Shown here piece after piece: positions 63,901 through 64,000 of a stretch of DNA of 64,000 nucleotides. The notes below the pieces were generated by a model. The model did no database searches. It saw nothing but the letters and a program-made list of their open reading frames with translations, and was not told the DNA's origin. The position numbers and the translations under genes are program-made. Within the stretch, counting starts at the first letter, position 1. Each line of letters begins with the position of its first letter. This DNA is from Candidatus Bathyarchaeota archaeon (GTDB lineage Archaea > Thermoproteota > Bathyarchaeia > Bathyarchaeales > Bathycorpusculaceae), in contig CAVZKL010000017.1 of assembly GCA_963775895.1 (NCBI GenBank), positions 1 to 64,000 of the forward strand, read 5' to 3'.

Positions 63901-64000
63901 ACTCTTTTCTTTGGACGGTTACAGCTCTGCGCGCATCAAAGCTTAAGCTTGAGTATGGCAAAATCTTAGACAACGCTTAGCGCAGGTGTTATTACTTTGA

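Overview
Archaeal chromosomal window, most consistent with Bathyarchaeia (TACK). This is inferred from gene content: CdvA/CdvB/CdvC, HdrA-MvhD, FwdDBAC-Mch, NosD and CARDB surface proteins, and BHB-intron tRNAs. About 25 apparent frameshifts, including in normally essential genes, point to an unpolished long-read assembly rather than real decay. Main blocks are: a polyferredoxin-hdrA-hdrA/mvhD cluster; Lhr helicase; two tandem C/D-box sRNA candidates; an ESCRT/Cdv operon; a C1 cluster (three COG1665-like nucleotidyltransferases, CitG homolog, fwdDBAC, mch, ECF S component, MptN/RimK ligase, fdhD); thiT behind a TPP riboswitch; valS; two intron-containing tRNAs flanking a variable region with gene fragments; AcnX; Sm; RIO2; pyrH; and PadR-ABC transporters. 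The best candidate for an undescribed system is the CitG homolog plus the three Pol-beta nucleotidyltransferases inside the methanopterin C1 cluster, which could supply unassigned side-chain steps of the C1 carrier. Also notable are a shared CATGTTAACAA box upstream of both cdv loci and (GC)n runs marking accessory gene borders. All assignments come from motif recognition only; no searches were run.
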